Shown: positions 1-11,352 of the stretch, piece by piece
Position numbering within the stretch: the first letter of the stretch is position 1
Layout: each line of letters begins with the position of its first letter
Assembly: GCF_000400465.1 (NCBI RefSeq)
Contig: NW_008806283.1
Span: 180,001 to 212,000, forward strand
Length of the DNA stretch: 32,000 nucleotides
DNA from: Wallemia ichthyophaga EXF-994
Lineage: Eukaryota; Fungi; Basidiomycota
Direction: 5' to 3'
Made by a program: the position numbers and the translations under genes
Notes under the pieces: model-generated
Databases searched by the model: none
What the model saw: only the letters and a program-made list of their open reading frames with translations
What the model was told of the DNA's origin: nothing

Positions 1-60
1 TAGAGCACCGTACGTTGAGAATAGTTGCCAGCAGCGCGAACGAGTCCGACTGGAATCCCG

Positions 61-2195
61 TATTACTAACTTTAAATTAAAAGCAGCATTCTTCCAGTAA
101 CGGCAATAGAGTTCCGCATCTTAAACCAATCCTCCACTGGAATTTATAGAAACCGGTTTAAGGAGAAGTCCACAAATGTTTCTTTTTGTAAATAATCTCC
201 CTTTTGGTAGCGGAAGAATATTTCATCACATCTATTGTGAGATCAACATTTGCCTTTTATTAAGTTTATGTGCATTGAGATAGGCTTGAAACGAAAATTG
301 GCCTTTAGAGCAGGAAGACTAAGTTATCAATATTCTGTATAATCTTTATAAATTGCGACCAAACCTGGATTATATTGTACCCACTTTTCAATAGTGCTGT
401 CCCTTTAGCTACGCTAAAAGCTTGAAACCACAATTCCTTGGGTGTGTCTTCTCCTTATATTTTGTCATGTAGATGACAAAGTTCGGAAAAGTAAGTATCA
501 GCAACGATATTTCGGTGCAAAACCAAAATGTTATGCAAAATGCCAAAATTTCCGTTTTCTCGACTAGAGATCCTTTGTGGCTAGAACAAAAAATCAGAAC
601 AGCTGCCCATTAATACAATCTAGGATCGTAAATCCTTCTGTAGCATTTGAAGAAAAAATATCGTATGATAATTGAGTTATGATTTATTTTTTTCGTACGG
701 AGACAACGTTAAACCGTGTACCATATTACACGACATTATTAGAACTCAATTTAAAAATGCAATAGACTCGATACGGGTTTCATGCTCACGTAAGGAATGA
801 AAAGAAAAGCTTGACGACTATCTATTGATGTACTTATAAGGCGTACAAATCAGAAAAGAAATCATAATGATAAGCGAAAAGGCTTAAAATAACAAATTTG
901 GCGCATGAGCTTCTGCCCACTCTTGCAGCCAAAGACGAGCACGAAAACTGCCTTTTTCAATAAAGTTCGTTATTGGATATCCTCAGCTTTTAAAAAACAT
1001 TCGTTTTCCACTTGGTGAAGAAAATTGTTTCAGTGAGGCGGTGCTTCCTTTTCAAGTTTTGAGTTAACCTTAACTGTCATTAAATGTAATTCAAATTCCT
1101 GTCACTACGTTCCGAACTTTTTTGAGACGAGTTATTTCAGTTTACTTTTACTGTTTTTATTAGTGCGTCATGTCTTGTTATAAAGCGGTTTTCTCTATTT
1201 CATCAGTTTGCTTTCTTTGAACTCTAGTCGCGCTTCAAGCTTTAATTACATGTCTCGATAGAATTTTGTCCGCTTTCTGCATCTTTCACTGATGTATGAC
1301 TTGAGGACAAATATCTTAAATTGAGATATAATTCTCACTTTCTAAATTTCGTGACTAAAGAACGTCTTCAATTTCGATAGGCTTATTTTACAACTGTTAG
1401 CTCGGAACGTTTTAGTAGAACGCATTTGTCTTTCGGCAAGAAACGGATCTCAAGAGTAAATTCGGGGCGTCGCTCGTTGACTTAAGGTGACTTGTAGCAG
1501 TTTAGAAATGAAATTTACTTGAAAATTCCGTCTCATTTAATGATTTTCTAAGAAGCTTTTAATTATCATCATGTTTTCGACATCTTGTTTTTTTATATAG
1601 GATTGATTACGTCAATGTAAATTTAGTATGATTGAACTTTTTTAATTATGCGATTTCCATTAATTCATATTTTCACGTTAACGGTAACTCTAATAAACAT
1701 TCAGATAGGAATAAGTTTTGTTTTAAACATTTTAACCGTTTTAAAACCTACATTGAATTCCTCGACAGTCTCTTATTGTAAATATAATGTAACGTTAAGT
1801 TCTAACCTGAAGTTAAGTGACTAAAGAATATAGGTCACTTTTACATGATCATACTGCGATTTCATACTTCAATAATATTTTGCCTGAAACATATGCTTTG
1901 ATGTATTACAATCAAGTTGAGAATATTAACGTTAAACCATGCGGAGTATAGGGAGGAATGAAAGACCGTTAATAGTATTATTAGGGAACGCGAAAGTCGA
2001 CGATAAATACAGAATTAGGATACGATCGTCTCCCAATGGTACTACCTTGTTATTAAATTGTTTCAGTTAACTTCTCCAGAAATGAATGTCACATTTACGA
2101 CCATGGATTTATAGTACTTATTTAAAAAGGAGCTTTTTTTTTTTTTCGGGCTCATGGGAAATATCTGACCTCACTTTTGTACCATCTGTCACACA
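61..2195. other. AT-rich, ORF-free block (candidate centromere/GC trough or decayed element)
   Basis: No ORF >=60 aa in any frame over ~2.2 kb. Hand count for 1561-1920 is 97/360 G+C (~27%), versus >=40% in sampled coding lines. Function is inference only. Confidence 0.55.
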
Positions 2196-2423
2196 TTAAC
2201 CAAATACAGATTCGATTTTTTGAATAATTCTACTAACTTGGTCGTGTATTTCGTTACATTCAAATTTAAAAACATACACATCTTCTCTGCGCCCTAGACC
2301 TTCATCAATCATTCCAACGCTCTTTAAATCACTTTTTTTAAGGTCGCCAACTTGAAATAAATTAAAGGTATCTTTGTTTGTACAATCAATCTCTATTTCA
2401 TGCACCATGCAAACATTAAACAT
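2196..2423 (-). CDS. Hypothetical 75-aa ORF, no family recognised
   Basis: ATG-to-stop ORF in the ORF track, starting 28 bp after the exportin-like stop; protein-like composition, AT-rich codons; no homology recognised. Confidence 0.25.
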   Translation of the reverse strand: MFNVCMVHEIEIDCTNKDTFNLFQVGDLKKSDLKSVGMIDEGLGRREDVYVFKFECNEIHDQVSRIIQKIESVFG

Positions 2424-2451
2424 AAATTAGCTCGATGCGCTGCAAACTATA

Positions 2452-5400
2452 TTACACCCGCCGCATGTTTGCGATGTGTGTACTCAGTTCGTTGAGAATG
2501 TTTCTGTAAGTGGCCAAATCAAGCCCAGTCATCAGGGCCGATTGAAGTGAGGCTTGAAGTGCAGCTTTGCTGCCTTCTGGACATCTTAGATTCTGAATGA
2601 TAGTCGATAGTATCAAGTCTCTGTTCAACCAAAGGTTCGTATCTTCGTAGTTGAGCATAGTTGAAATGAACTTAATTAGTCGTTGCTTCAGGGTTCGCGA
2701 AAAGGTCAATCTCATTAGTATAGCGTTGAGAGGTATTGCCAAAATCTGCGATAATACGTTTGCGCCATGTTTTCCTATGAACAGACGTCAGTATGACTTC
2801 TGTCGTAGTAATCCCAACTAACTATCAGCTGAGTGCTTGATGAAGCTTTCCATTCCATCAAGAAGAGTATATGAAGCGTTCCAATGCGAAGTGATTGCTT
2901 GGTTAAGAATATTGAGTAGAGTAGTGTTGAAGAAGTTTTCTTCAGACGAACTAATGCGTAAATTTATTGACCGCGGAAAGCTTCTCAATACCGTGCATGC
3001 AAGATCAATTGAGTCACTTTGCAAGGTAAGGTTCGACTGTATGATTGTTCGTGAAATTTTGAAGACAGGGTCTAAGTAAGAGAGAACAAATAAAGAGAAG
3101 TTTTTCTCATTATTAACATCACTGGCACTTCCATCCACAGCAGCCAGCTCTCTCAAAATCTTAGTTGTGGTCTCAACACCTTCACTAAACTCGTCGCTAT
3201 CGTCCATGCCCGTCTCGTATTTGATAGATAGATAGTTTTCAAACCACATATTCAATATAGGCGCTACGTAAGTTTGTGGTAATGCTCTCAACGTACTTTC
3301 ATCGTAATCCAAACCAAGGTCCATATTTTGTATTATTGAATAGAAAATAGACAGAACATCCATTTGTATATCGATGCGTGCTTTGTAGTGCTGCTGAACT
3401 ACTCCTATCAACTGCGACAAGACATCTTTAATGAAACTGACAGTCTCTATATATGTATAGGGATCTAACGTTTCACTTAATCCAACTAGAGCATTCAAGC
3501 CCATTTTAACATTAGTAATGTATGGATGCCTCTGTGAATTGGCTCCAAATTCTGGATTTTCAATTACGTTGAGCATAACGCTTATGAAATAGAAGATACG
3601 AGACTTGTACTGGCTGGTCTGTTCAGCTTTCCTATCCATCTTACTGATGTACGTTCCACAACTCTTAACTAGCTTTTTGTCCAGCTTGTACGGCCAATCG
3701 TGCATGTTCGATAAGACAATATCAATTATGCTGCCAAAATTGATTAATGCAGGTAATGTGGGAAGACTTTCAATCGTATCAGCTAATCCTTCTACCACTT
3801 CCTCTTCAGATTTCCATTTTAGTAAAGAATGTTCGATAACCTTTTGAAATTCAACGTAAAACCCTACATTATTCAACGCTTGTAGTGGCGGAAGCGACAA
3901 GCAATCTATCAGTCCATAGGTTCGCAGATATCTTGCCCAGAAACACTTCCAAATGATGCCAGACACGTTAGGTGAGAGACCCATATCACTTGAAAATAAG
4001 GTAGTCAATTTTGCCAAACTTCTCACAAGCATTGACAAAGCAGAAACTGTTTGTTCACTGGATATGATTTGAGTTGGAATCAATGGTGTTTCTCCGATGC
4101 CCTCGTCAGCTATTATCGATCCGGCAAATAAAACTAGCGTTTGTAATCTATCGTAGTTGCAGTCTGACAGAAAGCCTGACGTTTCGATAAGCATATTGTA
4201 CATGTTCAGCTTTTCAGTGACGTTATCCAAAATTGGCAGTGATTCCATTCTGCTCAGTTGAGCTAAAGGATCCAAGATGACTTTCATTTCTGTTTCAATG
4301 TCATCTAATTCTTCTTCGAAAACTTCCTGTGAATTATCCAAGGGTGATGCTTTATTTTCCAGCCATCCTTTGGCTATCAGGGTGCACATTTCTATTGGTA
4401 TGATGATCCTGTTACTTTCCAAACTGGCTAAGATGGATAGCCAGCACGCCAAAAAATCTGCAAACGCTTCAGCTCCTTGTGATAGAGAAGCACTTCCAAG
4501 TTGGAACAACTTCTGTACATATTCCTCGCCTTTCTGTTCGAGAATAACGTTTAGATTGCGAGATTGGAGCAGAGACTTATGGCATGAGAGCTTCGTACAA
4601 ATGTCCATACATTCGGCATTTTCAAGGTAATGCACAAGGCTGAGAGACCATCCATCTTTGTCTTGTGGGTGACTGCTGCTGAAGATGGCGTTCAAAACTT
4701 TCTTCATCATAAAACCAAGTGTTTCGTTGTCAAAAGTGTTTACAGACAGGATCAGATGAAGCACTTGAGGACTGGCTAGTTGAATAAGGACGCTGATGTG
4801 CATTGAGTCAGTCGCAGTGTTGTAAATGAAATCTTTTTGGTCGTTTCGATAAAGTAAAAGCGCCTCTAATGCTGGTATGGTATACTTGATGACATTGTGG
4901 TCGTGACTGTAGGTGAGGCTGTGTAATACGATGTTTGAGAGGACGGGAAGAACGTTGTCCTAAAAGCTGGATAAGCGTTGTAAGCCCAACAAAGACGAAG
5001 CATACCTCAAATGACTTAGTTTGAAGCTCATTGTCTTCATCAAGATTAATATTTTGCTCTTCCAGGATCGCGCGGGATATACCGACAGCTGCTGAAGGTG
5101 AAGATTGTCTGATGTTATTGAGAATGACGACCAAGTTTTCTAGGCTGGTAGCTTTAACGAGGGCTAAATGCGCCTTTACTGAAACGTATACTGGTACTGC
5201 TCTATCGCTGAGAATGTAACTGAGAAGACATTGACTGATCTCGGGACTTGAATTTGGGCTGATAGTGGTTATGAGCAGCGTAAGGAGATGAAAGTGTGCG
5301 TAATATTCCTGCGAGTTCTCTGGAGTTTCTATAAATCTCTGTATATCCACTCCCACGTAACTCACCAAGTACTGCAATCGTCAACAAAGGTATCTCATTT

Positions 5401-5510
5401 GGGGACAGTGCCTCATTCATAGCCAATAATTCATTCTCGCCTTGCTGCCTAGTCCCTGGATGTGTAAATTGCTGACACGCTTGCTCAATTCTTCCAATCG
5501 CAGCATCCAT
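2452..5510 (-). CDS. Importin-beta-family karyopherin, exportin-4-like HEAT-repeat protein (~972 aa)
   Basis: Exons 5510-5366, 5319-5006, 4959-2823, 2774-2452; GT-AG introns of 46, 46 and 48 nt give one frame. The spliced N-terminus (RIEQACQQF...RQQGENELL...VLENSQEYYAHFHLL...CLLSYIL) resembles the importin-beta N-terminal domain pattern of exportin-4. Subfamily call is from memory of the family. Confidence 0.6.
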
Positions 5511-5601
5511 CGCGATTGCTATCTTGGTGGATCAGGTTTAACGGTTAAATATAATATACAAATTACTAAAATACATTATTTACATTACTTGTTTTGACTG
5601 C

Positions 5602-7706
5602 TTATACTTCTTCACTCTCCGTCTCAACTCCTGTCATTCGCCTTTCACGTCCTTCCATAGCAGTTCGCTCTTCAAGTCTTTGCACACTTTCCTCGACATT
5701 GCCATTGTCTTCCCGTGTCATCTCTCTTAAACGTCGAGCCCTTGCTTCACGCTTTTTCAGCTCCTTTTCAGCTTCTTCTTTGTTTGCTTTGCCATACCGT
5801 ATCTGGGTGTTTGAATCTCTTGGACGCTGCGTCTTAATCATACCTGCTTTGTTTTTTTCATCGGTCTCCTTCCTACTCTCTTGCTCTGCATCAGCTTCTT
5901 CAGACTCGGCACCCGTAGGCTCTGCAGTGAGCTCTGCGACATCTTGACCGTCCGTTTGCTTTTCAGTTGCCCCAGCTGCCTTAGATTTCTTCTCTGTGTA
6001 GCCGCCTTCAATATCGCGCTCTCTTTCAGCATCCTCAAGTACCTTCTGAGAGTCTTCACCCTTAGACTCAACGCCCTCCTTGTCTTCATGTTCAACTTCC
6101 TGTCCATCCGCTAATTCTGCTTCCTTCCCTCGAATTTGACTCTTCTCCGCAATCCTTTGCGCCCGGGCACCTTTATCAATTTTTGGTCGCTTGAACGCTG
6201 GTCTATCCTTAGCACCCGGTACATGCTTAACAACTCTAGGACGCTTTTTGAAGCTAACGTTAGTCTCTCTCCTCGACAAGGATCTTTCAACAGCAGCGGT
6301 ATTAGACCTTTGGTCAAACGCAGCAACAAGCCACCTTAGGAAGTTAGCCAGTCTGAATTCTTCAAGTGCTTCTTTATCGTTATTCCACTCGTAATCCTTG
6401 CTGAGATGCGCCGTTGGATTCACTCTGATTCTCTTCTTCTGTGAAAGATCTATGGTAATTCCACAGAGGGTGGCTTTGACTGGAATCCACCTATCTAACT
6501 GCAAACCGGTATTTCTTATAAGAACCTCCTTAATCCGTGGTAGAAGCCTCGGAATATTGTCTTCACGAGCGCCTGACTTGGCCAACTTGCTTACTTGGGT
6601 ATGAGATATTGTTATGTCGACGACGTCAATATTTTTCCCGACTTGCAGAGGCAAAGCCCATCCAACAGAAAACTCATTTTGTCTCTTAGGAAGCACGTTG
6701 TAGTACTCAGAATACCACCATGTGTTTTCGATAAAGCTGTCGATTATTTCATGACCTGTATGCAAGTTGGACTGCGACCAGACACCATTTAGCCTCCAGC
6801 CCATCCATTCTCTAAACAGCTGAACAACTTGCGAGTCCATTGCACCTTCTAGCAAGATGGGCCACTTTGCTATAGTTGGGTCATCCCTCGGGTCGTTTTC
6901 AAAGGGATCAGAACGAGGAAGAATGACAAATACGCTTGTTTTGGAAGGGTATTTTTCTTCAAGGGTTGGTACGTCGGGAAGAAGCGCCTCCTTTTTAGAG
7001 CTGACGACGCGGTCATATTGCTTATTCCTCATTTTCCTATGGTCATCGGTTTCATTTCTGTTGCGCTTATCCTCTGCGAGTTTCTTCCTATTGCATTCAT
7101 CAAGAAATTTGTCATACTCTTCGGAAGCTTGAGCTCTAGCAGCATTGGTCCATGTTTTAGGTGGTGGATCGGTGTTGTAAGAGACTTCCAAGTCGCCAGT
7201 TGTGAGGACATTAGTACCGTCGGCCGCAGTAATAGAAGGGCAAACGATATAGAACATGATAGTTCCAGGCAAAGCCATATCCAAACCTTTATTTATCTGC
7301 ACATCAATCAACTCGATTGGTACGTAATGACGTGATGAAACGAAGCTTCTAAGTGAGTGTTCCAAGTCGGAGTAGTTTATAAGGGGTGTTATATTTGCTG
7401 GGCCATAACGCTCGCTCATTTCTGATGAATCTACTCGATATTTGAATTTAGAGAGAGGCGAGAGATTGTAGATGTTGTATGCACGTGAGAGGTACGTCTC
7501 TGTGGAACGTCATTAGCGTTTATTCAGCCCACCCATATTCACGCACCTGGTGGCATCCAATTGTAGGTCGCGCGAAGCCTAGCGCGATAAGCCTTGTCGT
7601 ACGCAACCTTGGCCTCTTGATTGTCGTGATCGACGGGATCTGGGGAGTCGTACTTTTCGATAAGATGCTCGTCGTCGACGCCGCGACTAAAGTTTAAAGC
7701 TGGCAT
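5602..7706 (-). CDS. CENP-L/Fta1-like kinetochore protein with long charged C-terminal tail (~685 aa)
   Basis: Exons 7706-7547 and 7499-5602; the 47-nt intron GTGCGT...GCTAAT...CCACAG joins an upstream exon in frame to the 605-aa ORF. Spliced YNIYNLSPLSKFKY resembles the CENP-L N-terminal motif (human WTLYSLTPLYKFSY). The later segment VVDITISH...LLPRIKEVLIRNTGLQLDRWIPVKATLCG...KKRIRV fits the CENP-L C-terminal pattern. CDS is secure; family is tentative. Confidence 0.55.
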
Positions 7707-8310
7707 CGTCGCGTATTTCCAATTTCAGCAGATCCTGATGATTGTCGGTGATGAAGATAAAAATGTGCATGAAGTGTGCTTCTGTAAATTTATTTTTGTT
7801 TGTGGGTGCTTAACTAGACATTTTAGTGTTTACTGCGTATCCCAGTATATTCAGATCAGCGCGTCGTGACGAAATGGGCTTGCAGTGGCAGCGGCAGAGC
7901 TTTAGATAAATGAATTTCCTGCTCCATACTTTCTTAGTGGTTACTGCTTCGCGTTCCTCGATTTTGAATCCTTAAAATATCGAGTAAATTCTGAGACCAA
8001 TGGCAGACACCAGCTCTGAAAATATTTCCAATAAGCTAGAATAAACCATCTTTTGGTGATTATCAGAAGCAAAATTCAAAACAAAACACCTCCTTTGCTC
8101 TGAAGAAGACACCGGCATGAGGTGCAGTGAACGTTCAACATCCCTCAACGTAGCGCATAATTTATTTAAGCGATGATTATGAAACATATTCTATGCATGA
8201 AACCTGAATAAGTGGGGCGTTTGACAGCGCCAAATTTGCACTGCGGCGCTCGACCCTGTTCGGAGAAGCTAATAATAAATAAGACAGCTACCGCCACAAC
8301 TACCATCATC

Positions 8311-9632
8311 ATGTTAGTAAAGCTTCTGTGTTTAGCGCTTCTGTCGATCGCAGCAGCCGGACCGTTGCAGCGTCGTCACGGAGAGCAAATTAGAGGCGTG
8401 AGCGATGCTGGTAGCATTGAGAATGTTAGCTAACGCAAAAAAAGGTAAACATCGGTGGTTTTCTTGTCCTCGAAGCTTGGATCACTCCTTCTATCTTTGA
8501 CAACACGGGCAATCCAGACATCGTCGACGAGTGGACATTCGGCGAGTACCAGGATAGCGATCAGGCAGAGGCTGTTATTAACAGTCATCTCGACACATTC
8601 TATACCTATAGCGATTTCCAAGATATCAAAAACGCTGGTTTGACTCACGTCAGAATCCCAATTGGCTTCTGGGCATTCGAAACTCTGGACACACCATACA
8701 TCAAGGGCAACAGATATGCAAAATTACAGGAAGTCGTCGGATGGTGCCGCGATATTGGTCTCAAAGTGTGGATTGACTTACACGGTGAGTGTCTTATCTT
8801 GTCTTACTCACATGACTAAAATATAAAAGGTGCACCTGGATCCCAGAATGGTCAAGACAACTCAGGACATCTTATGGACTACTTCTTATGGCCTACGGAT
8901 CAAAGCAATATCGAAAAATCCTATTACTATATCCAGATTCTCACTGATGAATTCACCAAGCCTGAATATGGTGGCATCGTGGATGCAATAGAGCTTATGA
9001 ACGAGCCACAAGTAGCAGCACGTCCATCAATGTACGATACTGTCAAAACATACTTTCAGAACGGATATAACATAGTGTCACCTAAAACAGCTACAGCAAT
9101 TGCCGGTGGCTTTATTGAACTTGATTCTTGGAATGATTTCTTAACATATCCTGGCGCAGAAAATGTCTACATGGACACTCACAAATACCAAATTTTCTCA
9201 AACCAGCAGATCCATCAGACTGATCAACAGCGTTTAGATTCAATATGCGCGTTCAAGCAAACGTTTGCAGAGCACACGGCTAATCAACATTGGGTGATTT
9301 GCGGAGAATGGACTTTGGCTTTCACAGACTGCGCAAAATATATCAACGGTAGAGGCAACGGATCTCGATACGACGGCAGCCAACCTGGATCAACTGCCGT
9401 CGGCAGCTGTGAAGGAAAGTCAGGCAATGGAGACAACTGGAGTGAGGATTATAAAAATAGATTGCGCTACATGTGGTACACACAGATCGACACATTCGAA
9501 AATGGTGGTCGTGGCTACTTCTTCTGGACATGGAAGAACGAAGACGCTGCAGATTGGTCTTACAAGCGTCTCCTCGAACTTGGCGTCATCTCCTATGATC
9601 CAAACGATTACCAACACGGTATCTGCGGATGA
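8311..9632 (+). CDS. EXG1: Secreted GH5 exo-beta-1,3-glucanase (~409 aa)
   Basis: Exons 8311-8397, 8445-8784, 8830-9632. Signal peptide plus RR site; RGVNIGGFLVLEAWITPSIF; IDLHGAPGSQNGQDNSG; catalytic IELMNEP and GEWTLAFTDC; FFWTWK. Confidence 0.93.
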
Positions 9633-9742
9633 ACAATAGATATATTTACACAGTCTCGCTGGGATAGTGTTGACTGATAAAAATATTTGTATCTCGGATC
9701 TTATATATTCTTAATAAAAAAATGTGTATCTAATATTACAAT

Positions 9743-10827
9743 CTAGGTAGCAAGGTTGACGTCGTTGAGTGCGATGGCTATTGCTGCCTTATGATGGCCG
9801 TTGTACTGCCTCACAGTGTCACCGCTAGCGAGTTCCCATAACCTCGCGGAGTGGTCTGAGGATGCAGAGACGAGATAGGCTGAGTCAGCGGAGAAAGCAG
9901 CATCCCATACCCATCTCTGATGGCCGGTGAGCACCTTTTCCAACCTGAAGTCGTAATTATGGGTCGACCAAATCTTAATCGTTGTATCGGCAGAACAAGT
10001 AGCAAGATGCCTAATGGCAATTGTCAGATTATGAGCAATTGAAAGGTATCAGCTCACTTGGTATCGGGGGAGAGTATACATTTTGTGATATACCTACTGT
10101 GAGCAGGCAGCTTCGTTATTGGAGTGAATTCTGAGGCTTCGTATTCCTGATCGGCGCGTATCTTCCAGACAAAGCAATTACCTTTGTTGTTTCCAGCGAC
10201 GAGCGAGCTGCCGTCAGAAGCAATAGTGACTGAGCGAATGGGCACGTCTTCTTCGGGTACAAGTTCATGGCTGCAGGTGTTCTCACCCAAATCCCAGACT
10301 TTAACGCTTCCAGCTTGGTCGCAGGAGATGATCTCTCCTTGGTTTGGGTGTATGACAACGTCGTTGACTGGCGATGGATGATCGAAAGCCCGCTGTACAT
10401 GAGATGTTCTGTGGATTGAGCAATGAGAAACTAAAGCTACTATTATGACTGATAAGCTCACCTCGTGTCCCAAATCTTGACTGTACCATCCTCACTACCA
10501 GTCGCAATCCACTTCCCCTCAGCCTGGAAAACGACTGCAGTAACGTTTGCAGTGTGTCCGTTAAATGATTGTATCTAAGCCAAGTAAGAAAAGCGCCGTA
10601 ATCAGATTAGAGCAGAGCCATACCGGGTTTGGGTCGCTGCTATTGATATCGTAAAGTTTTACAGAGGTATAGCCTGCGGAGGCTAGAAATTTTTTGTCTG
10701 GGCTGATAGCGAGCCTATTGACGGAATCTGAGTGGTGAATTGTCCGTGAGCATCCACCGCTCCAGGCCTCCCAGAAGCGTATCGTGCGATCGTAGCCCGC
10801 GGAGGTGAGAATAACGTCGGCGCTCAT
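9743..10827 (-). CDS. LST8: TOR complex subunit Lst8, WD40 (~311 aa)
   Basis: Exons 10827-10624, 10574-10462, 10408-10058, 10010-9743. VILTSAGYDRTIRFWEAWSG, GSEDGTVKIWD, GHQRWVWDAAFSADSAYLVSASSDHSARLW, GHHKAAIAIALND are diagnostic. Confidence 0.97.
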
Positions 10828-11280
10828 TTCTAGTTAAATGCTAGTAAATCTGAAATGCACTGTACGTGCGAGTGATGTCAGCGGTGGAAGCGGTGAAAGT
10901 GGAGAATTGAGTGAGGGATACAAATTAATTCCTGTCAGGCTTAAGGAGGGAATTAAATAACTCAATTATCCTGTGAAATGCTTTCTCTCCACGCTGTTCG
11001 CCACCAGCCAGATACAGACTCGCAACCACACTCATGCAAGAACTTTGAGGTGGTAGTAATATGTGAAATATGCATAATGTATCGGAGAATATCCCAGAAA
11101 CTTCTCGCGCCACCTACTCACGCGTTATTACTTCTCACGCAAGTAATGATTTGGGCCTGATGCAATCGTCAGCGGATTGATAGCGGAAACCGTGCAACTC
11201 AATGGGAGACATAGAGCAAGCGTTCCCAATCGTCTGCATTACCCACATCCACCTTTAAAATTTACCCGTGGAACTACATC

Positions 11281-11302
11281 GGATGAACTAATTGCATGTT
11301 TT
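11281..11302 (+). promoter_or_regulatory. Conserved upstream element of ferritin-like copy A (GGATGAACTAATTGCATGTTTT)
   Basis: 20/22 identical to the reverse complement of 22769-22790 upstream of copy B, within otherwise diverged promoters. Confidence 0.5.
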
Positions 11303-11352
11303 AGCGGATTCCAGGTATAAATGACGCAAATCAATTGCCGCTTTTGCTTCTC

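Noticed and set aside
7547-7706. Apparent stand-alone small gene MPALNFSRGVDDEHL...
   Set aside because: After the 47-nt intron it reads in frame into the 605-aa ORF, so it is exon 1 of the CENP-L-like gene.
7972-8187. 71-aa minus-strand ORF between the CENP-L-like and GH5 genes
   Set aside because: No recognisable motif or splice links, and it lies in a divergent promoter region; cannot be supported.
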